A stretch of DNA of 64,000 nucleotides from a virus. Taxonomy: Duplodnaviria > Caudoviricetes. Position numbers and translations under genes: made by a program. Location of the stretch: positions 1 through 64,000 of IMG/VR virus record IMGVR_UViG_2667527228_000001. One strand, written 5' to 3'. Under the pieces are notes generated by a model. The model did no database searches and had not been told where the DNA came from. It was given only the letters and a program-made list of their open reading frames with translations. Each line of letters begins with the position of its first letter. Within the stretch, counting starts at the first letter, position 1. Below are positions 44,837 to 54,140 of this stretch, one piece after another.

Positions 44837-45967
44837 TCATTCCGCCACAGTTTTTGCCTTCTGAGTTCTGCCGATTCGAATTATTCCGTTCAGGTAATCA
44901 CGGCAGGGCTTTTCTACGGCCAGATGTAATCCAATCGACATCGTTATTATCAACCCAAGAAAAAACAATTCAAATGCTATGTTCGTTAAAAGTGAGCCGG
45001 TTACTTTGCTGTCGAATATCGGCCGTGCGATAAGATGGATCATATAGAAAGCGAACGAAGATTCTCCCAGGAACACTATCTTTTTGTTGGAGAGCGCAAG
45101 GCTCATCAGGCTTTTCTGATCCATAGCCAACGAAAAAATAAGTAAGGCGAAAACCAAGGCGTAGGCAGCGTCCCAACTATAAGCAGAGTAGAAGAGATCC
45201 TTTGAGGTCATTATCAAAAAAACGGCAGCGATGCTTACTAGTGATATCAACCGCCATACTGGTTTTTTATCGCCAGACTTCGCGTGCCTGCAAAAAAATA
45301 TGGCAGCAAGCACGCCGAGGCCAAAGTCAAATACTCGGAACAATGGAAAATTATAAAGCCAACGGTGTGCAGAGTCTGGATTGGAAATCGCAAGATCATT
45401 CCGCGGCGGTAATGACAGGTAGGCTGCAAGAGAAAATTGAACAATCACAAACAGTATCGCAAGGCCAATTATTCTGAATTTAGATTTCATAATCCCTATT
45501 TTTGTAAAAAAAACCATGATAAATGGAAATGAAATATAAAGGAAAAACTCTACACTTATGCTCCACGCAGGGCTATTAAGACCGCCGATCACTGGTATGT
45601 CTGGGTGCCAAGCCTGTAATGCGAACAAGTAAATAAGGATTGGGCCGTCGGCACCTTGTAGAAACCAAACGAAAGCCATTGTTATAAAATATACTGGGTA
45701 TACCCTGCTAAATCTCGCCCATAAATATTTCGGAGTTTCGGCTACTGGGCTGATTTCAAATCTATTTGAGTAGTTATAAGCAATGATGAAGCCAGACAGA
45801 ACGAAAAAGAAAGTAACCCCAGAGTAGCCTGATGCAAAAAATATGCTGAAGCTGTCATTAACGCCGGCAATTGGATAGTGCGAAAAGAAAACCATCAATG
45901 CCGCGAAGAAGCGTAGGCCAGTAAGAGCCGGAATAGCTTCGATTCGGTTTAATGCTGTCGGCATCAT
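44837..45967 (-). CDS. Acyltransferase family 3 (OafA/YrhL-like) moron
   Basis: LTGLRFFAA..H, FFVLSGF, RFSRVYP, WSISVE, GESSF; multi-TM; AT-rich. Confidence 0.9.
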   Translation of the reverse strand: MMPTALNRIEAIPALTGLRFFAALMVFFSHYPIAGVNDSFSIFFASGYSGVTFFFVLSGFIIAYNYSNRFEISPVAETPKYLWARFSRVYPVYFITMAFVWFLQGADGPILIYLFALQAWHPDIPVIGGLNSPAWSISVEFFLYISFPFIMVFFTKIGIMKSKFRIIGLAILFVIVQFSLAAYLSLPPRNDLAISNPDSAHRWLYNFPLFRVFDFGLGVLAAIFFCRHAKSGDKKPVWRLISLVSIAAVFLIMTSKDLFYSAYSWDAAYALVFALLIFSLAMDQKSLMSLALSNKKIVFLGESSFAFYMIHLIARPIFDSKVTGSLLTNIAFELFFLGLIITMSIGLHLAVEKPCRDYLNGIIRIGRTQKAKTVAE

Positions 45968-46026
45968 GCCCTCCTTATTTTCGCGGGATTCTACAGCAAT
46001 TCGGATTTAACAAAACGGAGAACCGT

Positions 46027-46560
46027 ATGCCCATCAATGCGCAGCAGCTGCTTCAGATTCTCCCGAACGCCGGCGCCAAAGCCGGCGTTTTTGTTCCTTT
46101 CCTCAACACGGCAATGCAGCGGCACCAGATCGTCGGCAGCAAGCGCGTTGCCGCGTTCATTGCACAGATCGGCCATGAGTCCGGTCAGTTGCGCTACGTC
46201 CGTGAGATCTGGGGGCCGACCCCGGCCCAGACGAAGTACGAGGGGCGTGCGGACCTGGGCAACACAGTAATCGGCGATGGGTTCAAGTATCGCGGTCGCG
46301 GCCTGATCCAGGTGACGGGCCGGGCGAACTACGCCGCGTGCGGCGAGGCGCTGGGCGTGGACCTGGTCAAACAGCCTGAGCTGCTGGAGCAGCCGCAATA
46401 CGCCTGTTTGTCGGCCGCTTGGTTCTGGGCGACGAAGGGGCTCAACACCCTGGCCGATGCCGGCGATTTCGAACGGATCACCCGACGTATCAACGGCGGG
46501 CTCAATGGACAGGCTGACAGGCTGGTTCTGTGGAAGAAAGCCACTGAGGTATTGGCATGA
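46027..46560 (+). CDS. Endolysin, glycoside hydrolase family 19
   Basis: AQIGHES, RGRGLIQVTG, INGG. Confidence 0.92.
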   Translation: MPINAQQLLQILPNAGAKAGVFVPFLNTAMQRHQIVGSKRVAAFIAQIGHESGQLRYVREIWGPTPAQTKYEGRADLGNTVIGDGFKYRGRGLIQVTGRANYAACGEALGVDLVKQPELLEQPQYACLSAAWFWATKGLNTLADAGDFERITRRINGGLNGQADRLVLWKKATEVLA

Positions 46561-47087
46561 CCTCGATCTGGCTGCGAGCCCTTCCTTATATAGTCGCGAT
46601 CGCGTTGGTGCTTGGCGCGCTGTTTGCCGCCTATCAACACGGCGTGACGGTCACGGATAAGAGTTGGCAGGCCCAATGGAACGACCGCAACACCCTGGAC
46701 GCCAAGGCACTCGCCGCGCGCGAGACGGCGGAGCGGGCAAAAGAGCAGGCCTACCAACAATCAATCAACAAGGCGGTACAGGATGGGCAACGCAACATCG
46801 ATCAAGCGACGGCTGATGCAGCTACCGCTCGCGCTTCTGCTGACGGCCTGCGCGGGGCAGCAGACAACCTTGCCGCTCGGCTCGCAGCCAGTGAAGCCAG
46901 CGGTAATTCCTGCACTGCCGACGCAAGCAAGGCAGCTACCCGCGCCGCCGCAGTGCTCGCCGACGTGCTCAAGCGCGCTGATCAGCGAGCGGGCGATCTG
47001 GCTGCAATTGCTGACCAGGCCAGGGCCCGGGGAGTGACCTGCGAGCAGGCATATGATGGACTGATCCGTTCGTCAGCGCTTCATTGA
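46557..47087 (+). CDS. Rz: Inner-membrane spanin (DUF2514-like)
   Basis: N-terminal TM, coiled coil, CEQAY. Confidence 0.8.
   Translation: MTSIWLRALPYIVAIALVLGALFAAYQHGVTVTDKSWQAQWNDRNTLDAKALAARETAERAKEQAYQQSINKAVQDGQRNIDQATADAATARASADGLRGAADNLAARLAASEASGNSCTADASKAATRAAAVLADVLKRADQRAGDLAAIADQARARGVTCEQAYDGLIRSSALH
46783..47037 (+). CDS. Rz1: Outer-membrane spanin lipoprotein nested in Rz
   Basis: LLLTAC lipobox, Pro-rich, +1 frame. Confidence 0.75.
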   Translation: MGNATSIKRRLMQLPLALLLTACAGQQTTLPLGSQPVKPAVIPALPTQARQLPAPPQCSPTCSSALISERAIWLQLLTRPGPGE

Positions 47088-47110
47088 TCGGCTGCATATG
47101 GATTACGATA

Positions 47111-47126
47111 CTGTTTATTTATCCAG
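47111..47126. promoter_or_regulatory. LexA (SOS) box
   Basis: CTGTTTATTTATCCAG (CTG-N10-CAG). Confidence 0.65.
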
Positions 47127-47139
47127 TATCGAGCGGGAC

Positions 47140-47439
47140 ATGTATTTCACCATTACGCGCATGAGAGACAAGGGTGTTGCCAGGGACTGGAAAGCGATCA
47201 AGCAGACGCCAGGCATCCGCGCCGACATCAACATCAGAAACGAGATGTGCGAACTTTTGAACCGAACCAGCGACATTGCCCGGCTTCGGCCGCAGGGAAT
47301 GCCGCTCGACGCGGTCCCTATCCCGCCGCTGCTGGATGCCCGAGTTTCAGGCATGGCAACCAACGCTTTCACGCTGAGCGGCCTTGAGGAAATCGACGGC
47401 TGCCTGTATGCGCAGTCGTGGTGGTGCAGGGATGTTTGA
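47140..47439 (+). CDS. Hypothetical protein, probably SOS-regulated
   Basis: 99 aa ending YAQSWWC; SOS box directly upstream. Confidence 0.7.
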   Translation: MYFTITRMRDKGVARDWKAIKQTPGIRADINIRNEMCELLNRTSDIARLRPQGMPLDAVPIPPLLDARVSGMATNAFTLSGLEEIDGCLYAQSWWCRDV

Positions 47440-47595
47440 ATTTCGGCAGAACGCCGCAGGGCAGGGACTTTCTCGACGAAAGCCTGTAGGGACTTTTGCG
47501 GGGAAACGTGAAACAAAGCTGAACCACGTTGAGCATCGATTGCAGTGGGCGCCCACGTAGAAGGTTGTTCTTTAAAGCATTTCAGCGCCCCTGCA

Positions 47596-47643
47596 AGCAT
47601 GGGGTGCTAGGGGTCGAGTGTTCGAATCACTCCGTCCCGACCA
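47596..47643 (+). tRNA. 3' fragment of tRNA-Pro(GGG); att core between the two prophages
   Basis: Anticodon loop ATGGGGT, T-arm GAGTG-TTCGAAT-CACTC, CCA end; no 5' acceptor strand or D-arm upstream. Confidence 0.88.
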
Positions 47644-47669
47644 TTATTCCTGAGCAAAATCAGACACTT

Positions 47670-47696
47670 AAGCCGATCAACTAGATCGGCTTTTTT
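47670..47696. terminator. Terminator hairpin after the tRNA fragment
   Basis: AAGCCGATC-AACTA-GATCGGCTTTTTT. Confidence 0.75.
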
Positions 47697-47702
47697 GTGC
47701 CT

Positions 47703-47733
47703 GCGCAAAACCCGCGCAAAACTGGCGCAAAAC
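47703..47733. repeat. Three GCGCAAAAC direct repeats (integrase arm-type sites)
   Basis: Exact 11-bp period, next to att and the int stop. Confidence 0.65.
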
Positions 47734-48848
47734 TACCCGGTGATTTCGCTGATATTCAGATCCGGAATTGCCTCGGACCAGATGACTTCTGCGTGGTCCC
47801 GCTGGTAGTTTTTGGTCATGCTCTCGCTGGCATGTCCGGCGATCTTCTGCCCGTCCTTTCCGGCTTTCTGATACAGGTGCAGCGACAATGCTCGCACTTC
47901 GTGGAAGCCCGGCATTTCTTCTTCCTTCCATCCCTTGTAACAATCCGCCGCCTCCCGAGCCTCTTTGAAGGCCCGTGTCAAATATCGCTCTTCAACCTGC
48001 GTCCAATGATCCTTCGTCTGCGCCTGTTTCTGTTTTTTGCGGTCAGGCCGGCGGTGGACCAGGTACGGGGAGACGATGTCATCCCGGCACCGGCTAATCA
48101 CGGTCTGGAGTTCATCGGTCACTTTGAACCGTATCCACGCCGCATCACTGGCCTTGGCCGTCTTCTGCTGCACCACATACAGAAATCCCTCCCGAACCCC
48201 ATCGAATCGCATGTTGAGGATATCTGTGCGGCGCTGCGCGGTGATCAGGGCCAGATCGATAGCGTTCTGCAGCCAGGCCGGCGACTTCTCCCGAATAGCT
48301 TTCAAGCCCTCGATGGTGTGCCGCTTGCGCTGCTTCTTCTCGATCCGGTTAATGGTGCTGGCAGCCGGGTTGTCTGGGCACAACCCCTTCGCTGCGGCAT
48401 GGTTGAATATGTCGATCAGTAGGGCGCGGCACTGGTTCGCCGTGCGCGGGGTGAGGGCGTCCAGCATCTCCGCGATCATGCGGATCGTGATCTGGTCCAC
48501 GGCCTTGCCTTCGAAGTGCTTCCGAAAGCGCCGGAAGTGCACCGCATACAAGCCCAAGGTGCCCTTGGCCAACTCCCGCGGCGGAAGGACGTCGCGCTCG
48601 TAAGTGTCGAGAAAACCGGTGAACAGGTCTGATGTGTTGCCCATCACAGAGCCAACCAGGTCGGCGCCACGCATGAATTCAAGATTCAGCTGTCTCGCGG
48701 CATCAATGGCTTTGAGGCGGTCGGCGCCGAACGGAAACCACTTCCCGTCGGTTGGCCGCCGGTAGCGATAGGTCGAGCGCCGCGCGTCGAAGTACAGATT
48801 CTGCGGAAGTCCCTTGTTCGCAGGGTTGCGCGGCCGTGGCACCATCAT
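47733..48848 (-). CDS. int: Lambda-type integrase with arm-binding domain
   Basis: TAQRR, FHEVR, AGH, NY motifs. Confidence 0.93.
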   Translation of the reverse strand: MMVPRPRNPANKGLPQNLYFDARRSTYRYRRPTDGKWFPFGADRLKAIDAARQLNLEFMRGADLVGSVMGNTSDLFTGFLDTYERDVLPPRELAKGTLGLYAVHFRRFRKHFEGKAVDQITIRMIAEMLDALTPRTANQCRALLIDIFNHAAAKGLCPDNPAASTINRIEKKQRKRHTIEGLKAIREKSPAWLQNAIDLALITAQRRTDILNMRFDGVREGFLYVVQQKTAKASDAAWIRFKVTDELQTVISRCRDDIVSPYLVHRRPDRKKQKQAQTKDHWTQVEERYLTRAFKEAREAADCYKGWKEEEMPGFHEVRALSLHLYQKAGKDGQKIAGHASESMTKNYQRDHAEVIWSEAIPDLNISEITG

Positions 48849-49057
48849 GCGGCTCCTTTCAATACCATTGCGACCAGGTCGTTGCCATTCGAGCGGCTGA
48901 ATGCGTTCCAGTCAACGTACCAGAGTTTGCCGATCTGCTCGCCCGGCACCTGGCCGTTGCGTATGTGGTTGCGGATTGCCTGCGAGCAGAGCGGAGTGCC
49001 GCCTCTGCCCCAGCGCCGGCGTTGAAACTCGCTGATCTTGATCAGTTCTTTTTTCAT
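48845..49057 (-). CDS. xis: Excisionase-like protein
   Basis: IRNGQVPGEQIGKLWYVD; coupled to int. Confidence 0.7.
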   Translation of the reverse strand: MKKELIKISEFQRRRWGRGGTPLCSQAIRNHIRNGQVPGEQIGKLWYVDWNAFSRSNGNDLVAMVLKGAA

Positions 49058-49093
49058 TGGGTGCTCCATGCCGCGCGTGGCGACAGTGGGTGG

Positions 49094-49711
49094 TTATTCG
49101 GTGGCTTTTGCGATCGCGGCCCGGGCTTTCGATATCTCGGCGAGTTCGCGTTCATGCTCGGGGGTTGTGTACTTGAACTCGTTTGCCAGCAGAGTCCAAC
49201 GCTCAATGGCGAACTCAAGGGCCGAGACAAGCTTTTCCCGTTGGTTCTCTAGTTTCTTCAGCGCCAGGCGGATCTGGTCGGCGTCTTCCGCCAATTCATA
49301 AGCCATGATTTCGAAGTGTTCGGCAGGCTCCCAAGGTGAGGGGATAACGTTCGTTACCCAGTCATGCCAGTGTTCAACGCTTTCACCTTGAGCGATCCGT
49401 TCCTGCTTTATACGCTCGCCCATATCGCGCAGCTCATGTGCTCTCTGTTCGGCATCTTCCTTATTAAGGCAGGGGTACTCTTCACCCGGGCCGACGCTAT
49501 GGATTGCCCAAAGCTCAACCTTCGGCTCCGCCAGTACCTGTCGGAAAACGCAGACCTCCTGACAGAGTGAGGGGCCACCCTGGGCAATATCTGGATGGCT
49601 TTCCAGCAAGATCAGCGCCCGCTCGACACTGTTTCGGTCGAGGGTAATGACCTCGGCAGCCGGCGGAGGCGGTGCGGTCAAGGCTTCGATGATTCGTTCT
49701 ATTCCGGACAT
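49094..49711 (-). CDS. Hypothetical phage protein
   Basis: 205 aa; GAGGA RBS. Confidence 0.7.
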   Translation of the reverse strand: MSGIERIIEALTAPPPPAAEVITLDRNSVERALILLESHPDIAQGGPSLCQEVCVFRQVLAEPKVELWAIHSVGPGEEYPCLNKEDAEQRAHELRDMGERIKQERIAQGESVEHWHDWVTNVIPSPWEPAEHFEIMAYELAEDADQIRLALKKLENQREKLVSALEFAIERWTLLANEFKYTTPEHERELAEISKARAAIAKATE

Positions 49712-49842
49712 GCGAAATCCTCGCCCGCCTACACCGGCAGGCTCTTGTGTGGGGTAGGGGTTAGGCTGGGCGCTTAATTAAGATTGGGAGTTCTTTCACC
49801 ATGCTACGCTCCATGAAAATAGAGAAAATTTGGGGTGGGGAT

Positions 49843-50427
49843 ATGGCCGGCCTAGAACTGACCATTTCGGATTGGATGATTGTTACCGCCACGTTGCTGG
49901 GGCCAATACTTGCGGTGCAAGCACAGAAGTGGATCGAAAGATCCAGAGAGAGCAGAGCTAGGAAACTTCAGGTATTCCATACGTTGATGGCGACGCGCGG
50001 CGCACGTCTTTCCGCCGATCATGTTCGGGGGCTGAACATGATTGACCTGTCTTTTTACGGCTCTGTTCGATTGGGAAGGAGGTGGACCTCAAGCCGTGAT
50101 CAATCCGTTCTCAATGCATGGAAGGAATATCACGATCATCTAAGCGATTCTTCCAACCTGAATTTGAGTATGGAGGCACTTTGGGTTCAGCGCGATGAGC
50201 TGTTTGTGAACCTTCTTTTTGCGATGGGGCGGTCGCTTGGTTATCAGTTTGATCGGGTCCAATTGAAGAAGAGCTGGTACTCGCCAAACGCACATGTTCA
50301 AAACGAAGTTCGAATGGATAATCTTGTTACAGCCGCGACTGGAGTGCTTGAGGGCAGAACCCCGATACAGATTGTGCCAGGTAAATTGGAGCGCCCGAGT
50401 GGTGACGCGAATGCGACCACCCCTTGA
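49843..50427 (+). CDS. Membrane-anchored moron protein (DUF6680-like)
   Basis: N-terminal TM; LGPILAVQ...TLMATR...LNMID. Confidence 0.65.
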   Translation: MAGLELTISDWMIVTATLLGPILAVQAQKWIERSRESRARKLQVFHTLMATRGARLSADHVRGLNMIDLSFYGSVRLGRRWTSSRDQSVLNAWKEYHDHLSDSSNLNLSMEALWVQRDELFVNLLFAMGRSLGYQFDRVQLKKSWYSPNAHVQNEVRMDNLVTAATGVLEGRTPIQIVPGKLERPSGDANATTP

Positions 50428-50435
50428 CAGCCAGG

Positions 50436-50495
50436 GCGGCTGACTTTGAAGGGGGAGGGAGTAGAGTTGCGGGCGGAGTATAGATGTACTCCTAT
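50436..50495. repeat. 60-bp intergenic element, copy 2
   Basis: 57/60 identical to 3810-3869. Confidence 0.85.
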
Positions 50496-50506
50496 GCGGC
50501 TGGCGT

Positions 50507-50794
50507 TCACTTTTGCTCATGCTCCAGCTCAGAAGCGATCGCCGCTACCTCGGCGAACAGCTTCTGCTGCTTCAAGTTTCGCTCCTCGTAGATGGCTTTC
50601 AGGCTGCGATTCAAAGCGGCCAGTGCCGAAACGCGCGAGGTGTGAACCTGACTTTCATGGAGCATGTAGGTCCGGCCTGGGCCTTGGTAGCACTTCGGCC
50701 CTAAGCGGCGATTCTGATCGGCGCGTTGGTGCAATCTGATTTCCTCGACTCGCCGCATCCGGACGTTGATCATCCAAAGCCCGGGGCTGCTCAC
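50507..50794 (-). CDS. Hypothetical phage protein
   Basis: GTGA coupling. Confidence 0.6.
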   Translation of the reverse strand: MSSPGLWMINVRMRRVEEIRLHQRADQNRRLGPKCYQGPGRTYMLHESQVHTSRVSALAALNRSLKAIYEERNLKQQKLFAEVAAIASELEHEQK

Positions 50795-51162
50795 GGCTTC
50801 ACCATTTCGTCGGGATCGAATCCGAACCGCCGGCAGAGCGCATGCGCGACGCCGGATCCACAGCAGAAAGCGTCCTTCATCACTACCCAGCGCTGCGTGC
50901 CGCGCCGGCTGGTGCCGGTCACCATTCGAACGGCTGTACGGATAAGTTCGTGTTCGCTGAACTCGCAGCCCGACAGGGTGATTACGCGGCTTTCGGCTTG
51001 CTGCGAGGTCAGTTCATCAATCCGCTGATCCGCTGCGTTCAGGCGCAGTTGCAGGGCGTCATGCTCACGGATCGCCTGGGTATGCTTGTCTCGCCAGTAC
51101 AACACCGCGTCGAGTTCTTCAGCCGCTGTGACTGGTGCTGCAGGTTTGTTTTCTGTGGGCAT
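50791..51162 (-). CDS. Hypothetical phage protein (MPTENKP start)
   Basis: Mosaic relative of 3866-4459. Confidence 0.75.
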   Translation of the reverse strand: MPTENKPAAPVTAAEELDAVLYWRDKHTQAIREHDALQLRLNAADQRIDELTSQQAESRVITLSGCEFSEHELIRTAVRMVTGTSRRGTQRWVVMKDAFCCGSGVAHALCRRFGFDPDEMVKP

Positions 51163-51209
51163 GTGATACCTCTGCGAGTATATTCGTGTCCCGACGTAGG
51201 GAGCTGTGT

Positions 51210-51845
51210 ATGGATCGAGTGATAGTTTCTGGTTGTGTTTTGTTGGTCATCTTCGGAGTTACACTCGGTGTTTCGATAAACTTTCAAAGTGGTGCAAGCG
51301 AAACAGTAAAAAGCATTTTGGATACAACCGCAGCTATTGCAACGATAATTGCTGCAGGAGTGGCCGTATATGCTCTTACCTTGTGGAAATCAGAGTTCAG
51401 GCACGGTAAAAAATTTGAAGCCCTTGCAAGGCTTAAAGCTGCCGTTGATAGCCTAGGAGTCGCTCCGAGATTTATGCGCTACTCCATGATGCATGGCGTG
51501 CACAGTGCGAGAAGAAGAGCCCCGGAGTCACTTTTTCTAAATGAGGCTCTGAAAGGTGCTCGGGAAGCATGGAATTTAGCAGAGTCTGAATGTTTAGCTG
51601 CAATCGATGAATGCGAGTTCTTTATTGATGATTCAAAATTTCGTGAGCTTGTGATCCTGCAAATTGAACTGTATGGTTTGGTAGTCGGTTTTAAAGATGA
51701 GATGTTAGATTTAATGTTTCGAGAGGAAGAAATCGATGAGGCTTCTATACGGCAGCAGTACGCTATTGCTGAAAAGGAGTGCAGTTTTCGCATTGAGTAT
51801 TTACATGATCTTGTTAAGAGCTTGCGTGCGGGATTTCGCAAATAA
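51210..51845 (+). CDS. Two-TM moron protein
   Basis: AT-rich, opposite strand, GGAG RBS. Confidence 0.7.
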   Translation: MDRVIVSGCVLLVIFGVTLGVSINFQSGASETVKSILDTTAAIATIIAAGVAVYALTLWKSEFRHGKKFEALARLKAAVDSLGVAPRFMRYSMMHGVHSARRRAPESLFLNEALKGAREAWNLAESECLAAIDECEFFIDDSKFRELVILQIELYGLVVGFKDEMLDLMFREEEIDEASIRQQYAIAEKECSFRIEYLHDLVKSLRAGFRK

Positions 51846-51857
51846 GTTAGGTCAGAT

Positions 51858-52781
51858 TTACGCCGCTCGTATTAAAGCCTCAATTATCCGCTGCCCGGCT
51901 AACGGCGGAACCGCGTTCCCGGTCATGTGCATTGTCAGGCGGTGATTGTCCGGCCGAAGGGTATTGGCAGGAAAAGATTGAGCGGCCATCGCCTCGTTGG
52001 CAGTGATCATGCGCATCATGTCGCCGTCGACCACTGCCCAACGGTCCAGAGTGGTGATAGTGCCGATCGGGCGGTCAAGGCTGCGCCCGGTTAGTCCAGA
52101 TCCTGAGCCGTAATAGGGCATGACGAAGCGTTCGCCGAAGCGTTCGCGACCATTCTTCACACGGGTCATCGTTGACGCGGCGCGGCCTGGTTTGTTGATC
52201 GGCGACCACTTACCGGCGTCGAAATCGATAATCTCGCGGGCTGGCACGTGTTGGAAGCGGGGCAATTGCAAGTGCAGCGGTGCCCTGCTGCGCGAGCAGA
52301 CCATGAACAGGCGTACTCGGTGCTGCGGGACGCCAAGGTCAGCGCAATCCACTATGTGCGGGGCCAATGCGTAACCCAAGCGCTGCATCGCGTCTGCCCA
52401 CGCTGGGTATAGAACCCAGTCCATGAACTCCGGAACGTTCTCGATCACGGCGAACTCAGGCCGATTCACTTCGGCGTTCCCCACTGGGGCCCAAGCTGTC
52501 GATCGTGAGTTATCCCGTTTTGGGTCAGCTTGCGCCAGGCCGCGGGCCTTCGTGTGCCCTTGGCAGCATGGGGATGCCAGCATCACGTCATGTTTCGGCA
52601 CTTGCGACCAGTCAGCCTGGTGGAGGTCCTGGCACGCGTGAATGGTGTCCGGGTTGTTGCGGGTGTGCCACTCAACTGCCTCGGGCCAATGGTTTGCAGC
52701 CCAGAGAACATTGAGGCCTGCGTTGCGGCCGCCCTTAGTCCACCCGCCGAAGCCGGAGAACAAGTCGATTGCTGATTGCAT
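51858..52781 (-). CDS. DNA (cytosine-5) methyltransferase
   Basis: DLFSGFGG, SPCCQ, ENV, QHRVR, GNAV. Confidence 0.92.
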   Translation of the reverse strand: MQSAIDLFSGFGGWTKGGRNAGLNVLWAANHWPEAVEWHTRNNPDTIHACQDLHQADWSQVPKHDVMLASPCCQGHTKARGLAQADPKRDNSRSTAWAPVGNAEVNRPEFAVIENVPEFMDWVLYPAWADAMQRLGYALAPHIVDCADLGVPQHRVRLFMVCSRSRAPLHLQLPRFQHVPAREIIDFDAGKWSPINKPGRAASTMTRVKNGRERFGERFVMPYYGSGSGLTGRSLDRPIGTITTLDRWAVVDGDMMRMITANEAMAAQSFPANTLRPDNHRLTMHMTGNAVPPLAGQRIIEALIRAA

Positions 52782-52828
52782 AGGGGATCCTCGCCGGTAT
52801 AGTCACGGGTTTTAAATGGGGGTGGGTT

Positions 52829-53320
52829 GTGAGTTGGGAAACAGTTTCTTGCTGGATCGAAAGTCACCCAGGACTGGCATCATGGGTGCAAGCGGTGGGA
52901 TCAATTTTGGCAATACTGGCAGCAATTTGGATCGCGAATAGGGATTCGAGATTCAGGCGAAATGCCGACAGAGAAGCAAGGCTCGGCGCTCTTGTCCGTG
53001 CTATAACCGCTGTAACAGATGCAAAAAAGCGAGTCGTAGCCGGATTTGAAGGGATGAAAGAAATAGGCCCGTCGCGGGAACTTGTTGCCGCTATCAAATC
53101 TGATCTCCAAAAATCTGAGGAGCACCTGAAAGAAGCCATGTCGATTCATGGGGTGGATTCAGAAATCTATGTACATCTCTATGATGCTAGGATTGCCGTC
53201 GAATCTTCGGCTCAGATGCTGTATCTCGTCTCTTCCGGGGGGACTACGGGTGAAATTACGCTCGCAGGCCTAGATGCAGCACTTGATTCCCTCAAAAAAA
53301 TGCAAATCGCAAAAGGCTAA
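52829..53320 (+). CDS. Single-TM moron protein
   Basis: ASWVQAVGSILAI N-terminal TM. Confidence 0.7.
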   Translation: MSWETVSCWIESHPGLASWVQAVGSILAILAAIWIANRDSRFRRNADREARLGALVRAITAVTDAKKRVVAGFEGMKEIGPSRELVAAIKSDLQKSEEHLKEAMSIHGVDSEIYVHLYDARIAVESSAQMLYLVSSGGTTGEITLAGLDAALDSLKKMQIAKG

Positions 53321-53439
53321 ATCTACATTATTCTCAATGAAGCCGACGCCCGAAGTTTGGTGAGCCTGGCACCGATTGGCGTGATTCGTTGAAGTGGTGT
53401 ATTTGTGTTCTGCCCGGCATGGGGCTAGTAAGGGGGAGT

Positions 53440-54012
53440 GTGGTGGATTTGATTAGTGGGTTTAGCTCTGTTTTAACAGCAGCGCTGGGCGGGTTGATAT
53501 CGTCGGGCGTGATCACATATGTTTTAGGTGCTCGACGGGCAGAGAGAGAAGTGCTTCGGGGTAAACTTGAGTCGTTGTATACAGAGTTGTCTAAAGATAT
53601 GCGTCTAGTGCATGTTAGAGCCAACGCTTGCGTCGACGATGTCCAGAAGTTAGAACAGGATCAGTCTATTGATTCAGATGTTCCGGATAGCGCAAAGAAT
53701 ACTGAAAGTCAGCTGCCTTTTGACAGGTATTCATCGCTCATTAATATTTATTTTCCTAGTGTTGTTCCTGCCTATCAGAATTTTTTTTCAGTGTACCAAG
53801 CCGTCAATGCGCTACACATTAGAACTCAGGTTGATCTGTTGTTGAATGGAAAAACATCAGTATCTAGATTCGATGACATTCTAAAAAAAGCAAGTGAACT
53901 AGGTCCGTGTGCCATGGCCGTACATAGCGCGCTTCTATATGAGGCTGACAAAATTAATTGCCCATTATGGCGAAGACCATTTTTAAAGAAACGTCACGAT
54001 CCGACCGTATGA
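53440..54012 (+). CDS. Single-TM moron protein
   Basis: AT-rich, N-terminal TM; start uncertain. Confidence 0.65.
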   Translation: MVDLISGFSSVLTAALGGLISSGVITYVLGARRAEREVLRGKLESLYTELSKDMRLVHVRANACVDDVQKLEQDQSIDSDVPDSAKNTESQLPFDRYSSLINIYFPSVVPAYQNFFSVYQAVNALHIRTQVDLLLNGKTSVSRFDDILKKASELGPCAMAVHSALLYEADKINCPLWRRPFLKKRHDPTV

Positions 54013-54140
54013 CATTTAACAAACTCAACGGATCTTTCTTGGGGTGGAACTCCAAGGTAAGACCAGTTTGACGCGAATAACTTCGCCGATTGGCAGTGGG
54101 ATACTCGCGGTAGAACAAGCCGGTCGCCCGGCCTGATTAA

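Larger units (their letters stand above)
1..47643. mobile_element. Prophage 1: lambdoid-organised temperate myovirus carrying a DGR
   Basis: Gene order int-xis-early-cI/cro-replication-nin-Q-holin-terminase-head-contractile tail-lysis; ends at a tRNA 3' fragment. The left att site lies outside the window. Confidence 0.93.

Noticed and set aside
22696-46560. Separation of the holin from endolysin/spanins as a novelty
   Set aside because: Split lysis cassettes flanking the morphogenesis genes are common in Pseudomonas prophages and tailocins.
47560-47643. Intact tRNA gene
   Set aside because: The 5' acceptor strand and D-arm are absent; only the 3' half is present.
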